DNA of 62,829 nt, counting the filler, from Chiloscyllium plagiosum (lineage: Eukaryota), in NCBI RefSeq assembly GCF_004010195.1. It is 4 parts of one record of this genome, joined end to end, with 100 filler letters (N's around TTAATTAATTAA, not from the genome) between each part and the next. Parts side by side here need not be neighbours in the genome. Positions count along the whole stretch, not along the records: positions 14,084 to 36,958 come from NC_057710.1; 3 more parts are not named here. The stretch is one strand, 5' to 3'. Every line of letters begins with the position of its first letter. Positions within the stretch are counted from its first letter, which is position 1. The notes below the pieces were generated by a model, which was not told the origin of the DNA, made no database searches, and saw nothing but the letters and a program-made list of their open reading frames with translations. Made by a program: the position numbers and the translations under genes. Positions 13,984 through 27,608 of this stretch are shown here, in pieces.

Positions 13984-14083
13984 NNNNNNNNNNNNNNNNN
14001 NNNNNNNNNNNNNNNNNNNNNNNNNNNTTAATTAATTAANNNNNNNNNNNNNNNNNNNNNNNNNNNNNNNNNNNNNNNNNNNN
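13984..14083. other. Assembly linker: 44 N + TTAATTAATTAA + 44 N
   Basis: Exactly 100 bp with a six-frame stop palindrome; identical blocks at 36959-37058 and 45710-45809. Confidence 0.95.
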
Positions 14084-17000
14084 CTCACGCCCTGCTCTGA
14101 TACTTGGGTTTCCCCTCACACCCTGCTATGATACTCCAGGTTCCCCTCACGCCCTGTTCTGATACTCGGGTTTCCCCTCACATCCCGCTCTGATATTCAG
14201 GTTTCCCCTCACACCCTGTTCTGATTCTCGGGTTTCCCCTCGCGCCCCGTTCTGATACTCGGGCTTTCTCTCACGCCCTGCTCTGATACTCGGGTTTCCC
14301 CACACGCCCCGCTCTGATACTCCAGTTTCCCCTCACGCCCTGCTCTGATACTTGGGTTTCCCCTCACACCCTGCTCTGATACTTGGATTTCCCCTCACAC
14401 CCAGCTCTGATACTCGGGCTTCCCCTCACACCCCGCTCTGATACTCGGATTTCCCCTCACACCCCCCTCTGATACTCTGGTTTCCGCTCACGCCCCGCTA
14501 TTATACATACTCTGGTTTCCGCTCACGCCCCGCTATTATACTCCGTTTTCCCCTCACACCCCACTCTGATAGTTGTGTTTCCCCTCACACCCCGCTCTGG
14601 TACTCCAGTATCCCCTCACACCCCGCTCTGATACGCCGGTATCCCCTCAGGCCCCGCTCTGATACTCGGGTTTCCCCTCACACCCCGCTCTGATACTCGG
14701 GTTTCCCCTCACAATCTGCTCTGATACTTGGGTTTCCCCTCACACCCCACTCTGATAGTTGGGTTTCCCCTCACACCCCGCTCTGATACTCCAGTATCCC
14801 CTCACACCCCGCTCTGATACGCCAATATCCCCTCACGCCCCGCTCTGATACTCGGGTTTCCCCTCACACCCCGCTCTGATACTCCAGTTTCCCGTCACAC
14901 CCTACTCTGATACTCGGGTTTCCCCTCACATCACGCTCTGATACTCTGATTTCCTCTCACACCCTGCTCTGATACTTGGGTTTCCCCTCACACCCCACTC
15001 TGATAGTTGGGTTTCCCCTCACACCCCGCTCTGATACTCCAGTTTCCCGTCACACCCTACTCTGATACTCGGGTTTCCCCTCACACCCCGCTCTGATACT
15101 CCAGTTTCCCGTCACACCCTACTCTGATACTCGGGTTTCCCCTCACACCCCGCTCTGATACTCCAGTTTCCCGTCACACCCTACTCTGATACTCGGGTTT
15201 CCCCTCACACCCCGCTCTGATACTCCAGTTTCCCGTCACACCCTACTCTGATACTCGGGTTTCCCCTCACACCCCGCTCTGATACTCCAGTTTCCCGTCA
15301 CACCCTACTCTGATACTCGGGTTTCCCCTCACACCCCGCTCTGATACTCCAGTTTCCCGTCACACCCTACTCTGATACTCGGGTTTCCCCTCACACCCCG
15401 CTCTGATACTCCAGTTTCCCGTCACACCCTACTCTGATACTCGGGTTTCCCCTCACACCCCGCTCTGATACTCCAGTTTCCCGTCACACCCTACTCTGAT
15501 ACTCGGGTTTCCCCTCACACCCCGCTCTGATACTCCAGTTTCCCGTCACACCCTACTCTGATACTCGGGTTTCCCCTCACACCCCGCTCTGATACTCCAG
15601 TTTCCCCTCACACCTCGCTCTGATACTCAGGTTTGCCCTCACGCCCCGCTCTGACACTCGGATTTCCCCGCACACCCCGCTCTGATACTGCAGTTTCCCC
15701 TCACACCCCGCTCTGATCCTCGGATTTCCCCTCACACCCCGCTCTGATACTCTAGTTTCCCCACACGCCCGCTCTGATACTTGGGTTTCCCCACACACTC
15801 TGCTATGAGACTCCAGTTTCCCCTCACGCCCTGCTCTGATACTTGGGTTTCCCCTCACGCTCTGCTCTGATACTTGGGTTTCCTCTCACACCCCGCTTTG
15901 ATACTTGGGTTTCTCCCCACACCCCGCTCTGATACTCGGGTTTCTCCCAACACCCCGCTCTGATACTCGGGTTTCCCCTCACACCCCACTCTGATAGTTG
16001 GGTTTCCCCTCACACCCCGCTCTGATACTCCAGTATCCCCTCACACCCCGCTCTGATACGCCAGTATCCCTTCACGCCCCGCTCTGATACTCGGGTTTCC
16101 CCTCACACCCTGCTCTGATACTCCAGTTTCCCGTCACACCCTGCTCTGATACTCGGGTTTCCCCTTACATCACGCTCTGATATTCAGGTTTCCCCTCACA
16201 CCCTCTTCTGATTCTCGGGTTTCCCCTCGCGCCCCGCTCTGATACTTGGGCTTTACCTCGCGCCCCGCTCTGATACTTGGGCTTTACCTCACACCCCGCT
16301 CTGATATTTGGGTTTCCCCTCACACCCTGCTATGATACTCCAGGTTCCCCTCACGCCCTGCTCTGATACTCAGGTTTCCCCTCACATTCCGCTCTGATAC
16401 TCGGATTTCCATTCACATTCCGCTCTGATACTCGGATTTCCCCTCACGCCCCGCTCTGATACTCCAGTTTCTCCTCACGCCCTGCTCTGATACGTGGGTT
16501 TCCCCTCACGCCCTGCTATGATACTGCAGGTTCCCCTTACGCCCCGCTCTGATACTCCAGTTTCTCCTCACGCCCTGCTCTGATTCTTGGGTTTCCCCTC
16601 ACACCCTGCTATGATACTTGGGTTTCCCCTCACGCCCCGTTCTGATACTTGGGATTCCCCTCACATCCCGCTCTGATATCCGGGTTTCCCCTCACACCCT
16701 GTTCTGATACTCGGGTTTCCCCTCGCGTCCCGCTCTGATACTCAGGCTTTCCCTCACACCCCGCTCTGATACTCGGGTTTCCCCTCACACCCCGCTCTGA
16801 TCCTCCAGTTTCCCCTCACGCCCTGCTCTGATACTCGGGTTTCCCCTCACACCCCGCTCTGATACTTGGGATTCCCTTCACGCCCTGCTCTGATACTCGG
16901 GTTTCCCCTCACACCCCGCTCTGATACTCGGGTTTCCCCTCACGCCCCGCTCTGATACTTGGGATTCCCCTCACGCCCTGCTCTGATACTTGGGATTCCC

Positions 17001-20000
17001 CTCACACCCCGCTCTGATAATTGGATTTCCCCTCACTCCCTGCTCTGATACTCCAATTTCCCCTCACGCCCTGCTCTGATACTTGGGTTTCCCCTCACAC
17101 TCCGTTCAGATACTTGGGTTTCCTCTCACACCCCGCTCTGATACTCGGATTTACCCTCACACCTCGCTCTGATACTCACGTTTCCCCTCACGCCCCGCTC
17201 TGATACTCAGGTTTCCACTCACGCCACGCTCTTATACTCCGGTTTCCCCTCACACCCAGCTCTGATACTCCGGTATCCCCTCACACCTCGCTCTGATACT
17301 CAGGATTCCCCTCACCCCCGCTCTGAAACTCGGATTTACCCTCACACCTCGCTCTGATACTCAGGATTCCCCTCACGCCCCGCTCTGATACTCGGATTTC
17401 CCCGCACACCCCACTGTGATACTCTGGTTTCCCTCACGCCCCGCTCTGATAATCGGGTTTCCCCTCACATTCTACTCTGATTTCCCCTCACACCCCGCTC
17501 TGATACTCCAGTTTCTCCTCACGCCCTGCTCTGATACTTGGGTTTCCCCTCACACCCTGCTATGATACTTGGGTTTCCCCTCACACCCTGCTACGATACT
17601 CCAGGTTCCCCTCACGCCCCGTTCTGATACTTGGGATTCCCCTCACATCCTGCTCTATATTCGGGTTTCCCCTCACATCCCGCTCTGATATCCGGTTTTC
17701 CCCTCACACCCTGTTCTGATACTCGGGTTTCCCCTCGCGTCCCGCTCTGAAACTCAGGCTTTCCCTCACACCCCGCTCTGATACTCGGGTATCCCCTCAC
17801 ACCCCGCTCTGATCCTCCAGTTTCCCCTCACGCCGCACTCTGATACTTGGGATTCCCCTCACGCCCTGCTCTGATACTCGGGTTTCCCCTCACACCCCAC
17901 TCTGATACTTGGGATTCCCTTCACGCCCTGCTCTGATACTTGGGATTCCCCTCACGCCCCGCTCTGATACTTGGGATCCCCCTCACACCCCGCTCTGATA
18001 ATTGGATTTCCCCTCACTCCCTGCTCTGATACTCCAGTTTCCCCTCAGGCCCTGCTCTGATACTTGGGATTCCCCTCACGCCCTGCTCTGATACTCGGGT
18101 TTCCCCTCACACCCCACTCTGATACTTGGGATTCCCTTCACGCCCTGCTCTGATACTTGGGATTCCCCTCACACTCCGCTCAGATACTTGGGCTTCCTCT
18201 CACACCCCGCTCTGATACTCGGATATCCCCTCACACCTCGCTCTGATACTCCAGTTTCCCCTCACACCCCGCTCTGATAATCGGGTTTCCCCTCACATTC
18301 CGTTCTGATACTCTGATTTCACCTCAAACCCCGCTTTGATACTCCAGTTTCCGTTCACACCCCGCTCTGATACTCGGGTTTCCCCTCACAACCCGCTCTG
18401 ATACTCGGGTTTCCACTCACGCCACGCTCTTATACTCCGGTTTCCCCTCACACCCAGCTCTGATACTCCGGTATCCCCTCACACCTCGCTCTGATACTCA
18501 GGTTTCCCCTCACGCGCCGCTCTGATACTCGGATTTGCCCACACACCCCACTGTGATAGTCTGGTTTCCCTCACGCCCCGCTCTGATAATCGGGCTTCCC
18601 CTCACATTCCGCTCTGATACTCGGATTTCCCCTCACACCCCGCTCTTAAACTCCAGTTTCTCCTCACACCCTGCTCTGATACTTGGGTTTCTCCTCACAC
18701 CCTGCTATGATACTCCAGTTTCCCCTCATGCCCTGCTCTGATACTCGGGATTTCCCTCACACACCACTCTGATACTCAGGTTTCCCCTCAAGCCCCACTC
18801 TGATACTCGGGTTTCCCCTCACATTCCGCTCTGATACTCGGATTTACCCTCACACCCCGCTCTGATACTCCAGTTTCCCCTCACACCCCGCTCTGATCCT
18901 CGGATTTCCCCTCACACCCTGCTCTGATACTTGGGTTTCCCCTCACACCCCGCTCTGATACTCGGGTTTCCCCTCACAACCCACTCTGATACTCGGGTTT
19001 TTACCTCACGCCCCGCTATTATACTTCGTTTTCCCCTCACACCCCACTCTGATAGTTGGGTTTCCCCTCACACCGCACTCTGATACGCCGGTATCCCCTC
19101 ATGCTCCGCTCTGATACTCGGATTTCCCCTCACACCTCGCTCTGATACTTAGGTTTCCCCTCACATTCCGCTCTGATACTCGGATTTCCATTCACAGCCC
19201 GCTCTAATAATCGGGTTTCCCCTCACATTCCGCTCGGATACTCGGATTTCCCCTCACACCCCGCTCTGATACTCCAGTTTCTCTTCACGCCCTGCTCTGA
19301 TACTTGGGTTTCCCCTCACACCCTGCTATGATACTTGGGTTTCCCCTCACAACCCACTCTGATACTCGGGTTTTCCCTCACGCCCCACTCTGATACTCGG
19401 GTTTCCACTCACACCCCGCTCTGATACTCCAGTTTCTCCTCACGCCCTGCTCTGATACTTGGGTTTCCCCTCACGCCCTGCTCTGATACTTGGGATTCCC
19501 CTCACACCCGCTTAGATAATTGGATTTCCCCTCACTCCCTGCTCTGATACTCCAGTTTCCCCTCACGCCCTGCTCTGATACTTGGGTTTCCCTCACACTC
19601 CGCTCAGATACTTGGGTTTCCCCTCACACCCCGCTCTGATATTCGGGTTTTCCCCTCACACCCCGGTCTGAAACTCGGGTTTCCTCTCACACCCTGGTCT
19701 GAAACTCCAGTTTCTCCTCACACCCTGCTCTGAAACTTGGGTTTCTCCTCACACCCTGCTATGATATTCCAGTTTCCCCCCACGCCCTGCTCTGATACTC
19801 GGGATTTCCCTCACACCCCACTCTGATACTCAGGTTTCCCTTCAAGCCCCCCCTCTGATAGTCAGGTTTCCCCTCAAGCCCCGCTCTGATACTCAGGTTT
19901 CCCCTCAAGCCCCACTCTGATACTCGGGTTTCCCCTCACATTCCTCTCTGATACTCCAGTTTCCCCTCACCTCCCGCTCTGATACTCCAGTTTGCCCTCA

Positions 20001-22632
20001 TGCCCCCTCTGAGAATCGGGTTTCCCCTCACATTCCGCTCTGATAATCGGATTTCCCCTCACACCCCGCTCTGATACTCCAGTTTCCCCTCACACCCCGC
20101 TCTGATAATCGGGTTTCCCCTCATATTCCGCTCCAACACTCCAGTTTTCCCTCACACCCCGCTCTGACACTCGGATTTCCCATCGCACCCCGCTCTGATA
20201 ATCCAGTTTCCCCACACGCCCGCTCTGATACTTGGGTTTCCCCTCACACTCTGCTATGATACTCCAGTTTCCCCTCACGCCCTGCTCTGATACTAGGGTT
20301 TTCCCTCACACCCCGCTCTGATACTCGGATTTCCCCACACGCCCTGCTCTGATACTTGGGTTTCCCCACACGCCCTGCTCTGATACTTGGGTTTCCTCAC
20401 ACACCCCGCTCTAATACTCTGGTTTCTCCCCACGCCCCGCTCTGATACTCGGGTTTCCCCTCACATCCCGCTCTGATATTCGGGTTTCACCTCAGACCCT
20501 GTTGTGATACTCGGGTTTACCCTCACACTCCTCTCTGATACTCCAGTTTCCCCCACACACTGCTCCGATAGTCGGGTTTCCCCTCACATCCCACTCTGAT
20601 ATTTGAGTTTCCCCTCACACCCTGTTCTGATACTCGGGTTTCCCCTCACGCCACGCTCTGATATTCGAATTTCCCCTCACTCCCTGCTCTGATACTCCTG
20701 TTTCCCCTCACACCCCGCTTTGATACTCCAATTTCCGTTCATACTCTGCTCTGATACTCCAGTTTCCCCTCACACTTCGCTCTGATACTCAGGTTTCCCC
20801 TCACGCCCTGCTCTGATACTCCGGTTTCCCCTCACACCCCGCTTTGATATTCCAATTTCCGTTCACACCCCGCTCTGATACTCGAGTTTCCCCTCACAAC
20901 CCGCTCTGATACACCAGTATCCCCTCACACCTTGCTCTGATACTCGGGTTTCCCCTCACGCCCCGCTCAGATACTCGGGTTTCCGCTCACACCCCACACT
21001 GATACTTGGTTTTCCCCTCACGCCCCGCTCTGATACGCCGGTATCCCCTCACACCCCGCTCTGATACGCCGGTAGGGTTTCTGCTCACGCCCCGCTACTA
21101 TACTTCGTTTTCCCCTCACACCCCACTCTGATAGTTGGGTTTCCCCTCACACCCTGCTCTGATACCCCGGTATCCCCTCACGCCCCGCTCTGATACTCGG
21201 ATTTCCCCTCACACCCCGCTCTGATACTCCAGTTTCCCCTCACATCACGCTCTGATAATCGGGTTTCCCCTCATATTCCGCTCCGATACTCCAGTCTCCC
21301 CTCACACCCCGCTCTGATACTCGGATTTCCCCTCGCACCCCACTCTGATACTCCAGGTTCCCCACACGCCCGCTCTGATACTTGGGTTTCTCCTCACTCT
21401 TCTATGATACTCCAGTTTCCCCTCACGCCCTGCTCTGATATTCGGGTTTCCCCTCACACCCTGCTCTGATACTTGGGTTTCCCCTCACACCCCGCTCTGA
21501 TATTCGGGTTTCACCTCAGACCCTGTTGTGATACTCGGGTTTCCCCTCGCGCTCCGCTCTGATTCTCGGGCTTTCACTCACACCCTGTTCTGATACTAGG
21601 GTTTCCCCTCACACCCCGTTCTGATCCTCCAGTTTCCCCTCACGCCCCACTCTGATACTTGGGAGTCCCTTCACGCACTGCTCTGATACTCGGGTTTCCC
21701 CACACGCCCCGCTCTGATACTCTGGTTTCTCCTCACACCCCGCTCTGATACTCAGATTACCCCTCATACCCCGCTCTGATACTCCGGTATCCCCTCACAC
21801 ACTGCTCTGATAGTCGGGTTTCCTCTCACATCCCACTCTGATATTCGAGTTTCCCCTCACACCCTGTTCTGATACTCGGGTTTCCTCTCACGCCACGCTC
21901 TGATACTCGGATTTCCTCTTACGCCCCGCTCTGATATTCGGGTTTCACCTCACACCCCGCTCTGATACTCCGGTATCCCCTCTCATGCTGCTCTGATACT
22001 TGGGTTTCCCCTCACGCCCTGCTCTGATACTCGGGTTTCCCCTCACGCCCCGTTCTGATACTCCGGTTTCCCCTCACACCCCGTTCTGATAATTGGTTTT
22101 TCCCTCACGCCCTGCTCTGATACTCCAGCTTCCCCTAACGCCCTGCTCTGATACTTGGGTTTCTCCTCACACCCCACTCTGATACTCGGGTTTCCGCTCA
22201 CGCCCCGCTACTATACTTCGTTTTCCCCTCACACCCCACTCTGATAGTTGGGCTTCCCCTCACACCCTGCTCTGATACCCCGGTATCCCCTCACGCCCCG
22301 CTCTGATACTCGGATTTCCCCTCACACCCCGCTCTGATACTCCAGTTTCTCCTCACGCCCTGCTCTGATACTTGAGTTTCCCCTCACACCCCACTCTGAT
22401 ACTCAGGTTTCCCACCAAGCCCCCCTCTGATACTCAGGTTTCCCCCCAAGCCCCACTCCGATACTCAGGTTTCCCCTCAAGCCCCCCTCTGATACTCAGG
22501 TTTGCCCCCAAGCCCCACTCTGATACTCAGGTTTCCCCTCAAGCCCCACTCTGATACTCGGGTTTCCCCTCACATTCCTCTCTGAAACTCCAGTTTCCCC
22601 TCACGTCCTGCTCTGTTACTTGGGTTTCCCAG

Positions 22633-22765
22633 GTAAAAACAATGACTGCAGATGCTGGAAACCAGATTCTGGATCAGTGGTGCTGGAAGAGCACAGCAAT
22701 TCAGGCAGCATCCGAGGACAGGCAAAATCGACGTTTCGGGCAAAAGCCCTTCATCAGGAATAAAG
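22633..22765 (-). mobile_element. Short family A element inserted in the tandem array
   Basis: Non-repeat ~133-bp block (actgcagatgctgg...cccttcatcaggaat) related to 5428, 39105, 41729 and 42390; cccag on both sides. Confidence 0.85.
22725..22761 (-). ncRNA. Minimal type I hammerhead ribozyme motif, core intact
   Basis: Minus strand reads attc-CTGATGA-A-GGGC-tttt-GCCC-GAAA-CGTC-gatt: CUGANGA and GAAA boxes, 4-bp stem II, GUC cleavage triplet; stem I is weak. Confidence 0.7.
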
Positions 22766-25700
22766 CCCAGCTCTGATACTCGGGTTTCCCCTCACACCCC
22801 GCTTTGATACTCCGGTATCCCCTCACACACTGCTCCAATAGTCGGGTTTCCCCTCACATCCCACTCTGATATTCGAGTTTCCCCTCACACCCTGTTCTGA
22901 TACTCGGGTTTCCCCTCACGCCCCGCTCTGAGACTCGGATTTCCCCTCACACCCCGCTCTTATACTCCGGTTTCCCCTCACACTCCACTCTGATACTCCG
23001 GTTTCCCCTCACACCCCACTCTGATACTTGGGTTTCCCCTCACGCCCCGCTCTGATACTCTTGTATCCCCTCACACCCCGCTCTGATACGCCGGTATCCC
23101 CTCACGCCCCGCTCTGATACTCTGATTTCCCCTCACACCCCGTTCTGATACTTGGGTATCCCCTCACGCCCCGCTCTGAGAATTGGGTTTCCCCTCACAT
23201 TCTGCTCTGATACTCGGATTTCCCCTCACACCCCGCTCTGATACTCGAGTTTCCCCTCACAACCTGCTCTGATACTCGGGTTTCCCCTCACACTCCTCTC
23301 TGATACTCCAGTTTCCCCACACGCCCGCTCTGATACTTGGGTTTCCCCTCACACTGCTATGATACTCCAGTTTCCTCTCAAACCCTGCTCTGATACTTGG
23401 GTTTTCCCTCACACCCCGCTCTGATACTCGGGTTTCCCCTCACGCCCTGCTCTGATACTTGGGGTTCCCCGCACACCCCGCTCTGATACTCGGGTTTCTC
23501 CCCACACCCCGCTCTGATACTCGGGTTTCTCCCCACATCCCGCTCTGATATTCGGGTTTCACCTCAGACCCTGTTGTGATACTCGGGTTTCCCCTCGCGC
23601 TCCGCTCTGATACTCGGGCTTTCTCTCACACCCCGCTCTGATACTCGTGTTTCCCCTCACACCCCGCTCTGATCCTCCAGTTTCCCCTCACGCCCGGCTC
23701 TGATACTTGGGAGTCCCTTCACGCACTGCTCTGATACTCCAGTTTCTCCTCACACCCCGCTCTGATACTCGGCTTTCCCCTCCAGTTTCCCCTCACGCCC
23801 CGCTCTGATACTTGGGAGTCCCTTCACGCACTGCTCTGATACTCCAGTTTCCCCTCACATCCCACTCTGATACTCGGCTTTCCCCTCACACACCACTCTG
23901 ATAATTGGGTTTTCCCTCACGCCTTTCTCTGATACTCCAGTTTCCCCTCACACCCCGCTCTGATACTCGGCTTTCCCCTCACACACCACTCTGATGCTTG
24001 GGCTTCCCCTCACACCCTGCTATGATACTCCAGGTTCCCCTCACGCCCCGCTCTGATCCTTGGGATTCCCCTCACATCCTGCTCTGATACTCGGATTTCC
24101 CCTCGCGCCCTGCTCTGATACTCAGGCTTTCCCTCACGCCCCGCTCTGATACTCCTGTATCCCCTCACACCCCGCTCTGATACGCCGATATCACCTCACG
24201 CCCCGCTCTGACACTCGGATTTCCCCTCACACCCCGCTCTGATACTTGGGTTTCCCCTCACACCTCGCTCTGATAACTGGATTTCCCCTCACTCCCTGCT
24301 CTGATACTCCAGTTTCCCCTCACGCCCTGCTCTGATACTTGGGTTTCCCCTCACACCCCGCTCTGAAAATCGGCTTTCCCCTCACATTCCGCTCTGATAC
24401 TCGGATTTCCCCTCACACCCCGCTCTGATACTCCAGTTTCCCCTCACGCCCTGCTCTGATACTTGGGTTTCCCTCACACCCCGCTCTGATATTCGGGTTT
24501 CCCCTCACATTCCGCTCTGATACTCGGATTTCCCCTCACACCCCGCTCTGATACTCCAGTTTCTCATCACGCCCTGCTCTGATACTTGGGTTTCCCCTCA
24601 CACCCTGCTATGATACTTGGGTTTCCCCTCACACCCTGCTATGATACTCCAGGTTCCCCTCACGCCCCGTTCTGATACTTGGGATTCCCCTCACATCCTG
24701 CTCTGATATTCAGGTTTCCCCTCACATCCCGCTTTGATATCCGGGTTACCCCTCACACCCTGTTCTGATACTCGGGTTTCCCCTTGCGTCCCGCTCTGAT
24801 ACTCAGGCTTTCCCTCACACCCTGCTCTGATACTCGGGTTTCCCCTCACACCCCGCTTGATAGTTGGATTTCCCCTCACTCCCTGCTCTGATACTCCAGT
24901 TTCCCCTCACGCCCTGCTCTGATACATGGGTTTCCCCTCACACCCCGCTCAGATACTTGGGTTTCCCCTCACACCCCGCTCTGATACTCCAGTTTCCCCT
25001 CACACCCCGCTTGATAGTTGGATTTCCCCTCACGCCCTGCTCTGATACTCGAGTTTCCCCTCACGCCCTGCTCTGATACATGGGTTTCCCCTCGCACCCC
25101 GCTCTGATACTTGGGTTTCCCCTCACACCCCGCTCTGATACTCAGGTTTCCCCTCAAGCCCCACTCTGATACTCGTGTTTCCCCTCACACTCCTCTCTGA
25201 TACTCCAGTTTCCCCTCACGTCCTGCTCTGATACTTGGGTTTCCCCTCACACCCCGCTCTGATACTCGGGTTTCCCCTCACACCCCGCTTTGATACTCCG
25301 GTATCCCCTCACACACTGCTCCGATAGTCGGGTTTCCCCTCACATCCCACTCTGATATTCGAGTTTCCCCTCACACCCTGTTCTTATACTCGGGTTTCCC
25401 CTAAAGCCACGCGCTGATACTCGGATTTCCCCTCACACCCCGCTTTGATACTCCAATGTCCGTTCACACCCCGCTCTGATACTCGAGTTTCCCCTCACAC
25501 CCCGCTCTGATACTCGGGTTTCCCCTCACACCCCGCTTTGATACTCCGGTATCCCCTCACACACTGCTCCGATAGTCGGGTTTCCCCTCACATCCCACTC
25601 TGATATTCGAGTTTCCCCTCACACCCCGCTCTGATACTCGGGTTTCCCCTCACACCCCGCTTTGATACTCCGGTATCCTTTCACACACTGCTCCGATAGT

Positions 25701-27608
25701 CGGGTTTCCCCTCACATCCCACTCTGATATTCGAGTTTCCCCTCACACCCTGTTCTGATACTCTGGTTTCCCCTAAAGCCACGCTCTGATACTCGGATTT
25801 CCCCTCACACCCCGCTTTGATACTCCAATTTCCGTTCACACCCCGCTCTGATACTCGAGTTTCCCCTCACAACCCACTCTGATACTCCAGTATCCCCTCA
25901 CACCTTGCTCTGATGCTCGGGTTTCCGCTCATGCCCCGCTCTTATACTCCGGTTTCCCCTCACGCCCCACTCTGATACTCCGGTTTCCCCTCACACCCCA
26001 CTCTGATACTTGGGTTTCCCCTCACGCCCCGCTCTGATACTCCGGTATCCCCTCACACACCGCTCTGATACTCCGGTATCCCCTCACACCTCGCTCTGAT
26101 ACTCAGATTTCCCCTCACGCCCCGCTCTGAGAATTGGGTTTCCCCTCACATTCTGCTCTGATACTCGGATTTCCCCTCACACCCCGCTCTGATACTCCAG
26201 TTTCCCTTCACACCCCGCTCTGATAATCGGGTTTCCCCTCATATTCCGCTCCGATACTCCAGTTTCCCCCCACACCCCGCTCTGATACTCGGGTTTCCCC
26301 TCGCGCTCCACTCTGATACTCGGGCTTTCTCTCACACCCCGCTCTGATACTCGGGTTTCCCCTCACACCCCGCTCTGATACTCCAGTTTCCCCTCACGCC
26401 CCGCTCTGATACTTGGGAGTCCCTTCACGCACTGCTCTGATACTCTGGCTTCCCCACATGCTCCGCTCTGATACTCGGCTTTCCCCTCACACCCTACTCT
26501 GATAATTGGGTTTTCCCTCACGCCCTGCTCTGATACTCGGGTTTCCCCTCATGCCCTGCTCTGACACTTGGGTTTCCCCTCACACCCTGCTATGATACTC
26601 CAGGTTCCCCTCACGCCCCGCTCTGATACTTGGGATTCCCCTCACATCCTGCTCTGATATTCGGCTTTCCCCCACACCCTGTTCTGATACTCGGGTTTCC
26701 CCTCGCGTCCTGCTCTGATCCTCCAGTTTCCACTCACGCCCTGCTCTGATACTCAGATTTCCCCTCACACCCTGCTCTGATAATTGGATTACCCCTCACT
26801 CCCTGCTCTGATACTCTAGTTTCCCCTCACGCCCTGCTCTGATACTTGGGTTTCCCCTCACACCCCGCTCAGATACTTGGGTTTCCCCTCACGCCCTGTT
26901 CTGATACTCGGGTTTCCCCTAAAGCCACGCTCTGATACTCGGATTTCCCCTCACACCCCGCTTTGATACTCCGGTTTCCCCTCACACCCCGCTCTGATAC
27001 TCGGGTTACCCCTCACGCTCTGCTCTCATACTCCGGTTTCCCCTCACACCCTGCTCTGATACTCCGGTTTCCCCTCACACCCTGTTCTGATACTCCAGTT
27101 TCCCCTCACGCCCCGCTCTGATACTCGGGTTTCCCCTCACGCCCTGCTCTGATACTCGGGTTTCCCCTCATGTCCTGTTCTGATATCGGGTTTCGCCTCA
27201 CGCCTTGCTCTGATACTCCGGTTTCCCCTCACACCCCGCTCTGAAAGTCGGATTTCCCCTCACAACCCGCTCTGATACTCGGGTTTCGCCTCACGCCCTG
27301 CTCTAATACTCGGATTTCCCCTCACACCCCGCTCTGATACTCGGGTGTTCTCTCATGCACTTCTCCAATTCTCCGGTTTCCCCTCACACCCTCCTCCAAT
27401 ATTCAGGTTTCACCTCATGCTCCGCTCCCATACTCGGATTTCCCCTCATCCCTGTCTGATACTCTGGTTCCCCCTCACACAGGGATAGACCCTAGTCCTC
27501 AAGTTTGCTTCTGTTTGAATGGTTCAGGGAAGGGTGGGGGTGGATATTAAAGGATCAAAACTGGCATTGAGATTCCCAGTACCCACACTCACTTTCACAT
27601 AGACATGG

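Larger units (their letters stand above)
14084..27480. repeat. Tandem array of a 31-bp unit, consensus CTCTGATACTCGGGTTTCCCCTCACACCCCG, roughly 430 copies
   Basis: Periodicity is directly visible; copy number is estimated as length/31. Units degenerate toward the right edge and the left edge is at a gap. Confidence 0.98.

Noticed and set aside
14028..14039. Palindrome TTAATTAATTAA inside N runs, three times
   Set aside because: Identical 100-bp construction with stops in six frames; an artificial scaffold spacer, not a biological site.
14084..27480. CRISPR-like array or repetitive protein gene
   Set aside because: Units are contiguous with no unique spacers and no cas genes. The 31-bp period rotates TGA through all frames on both strands, so the listed ORFs are chance.
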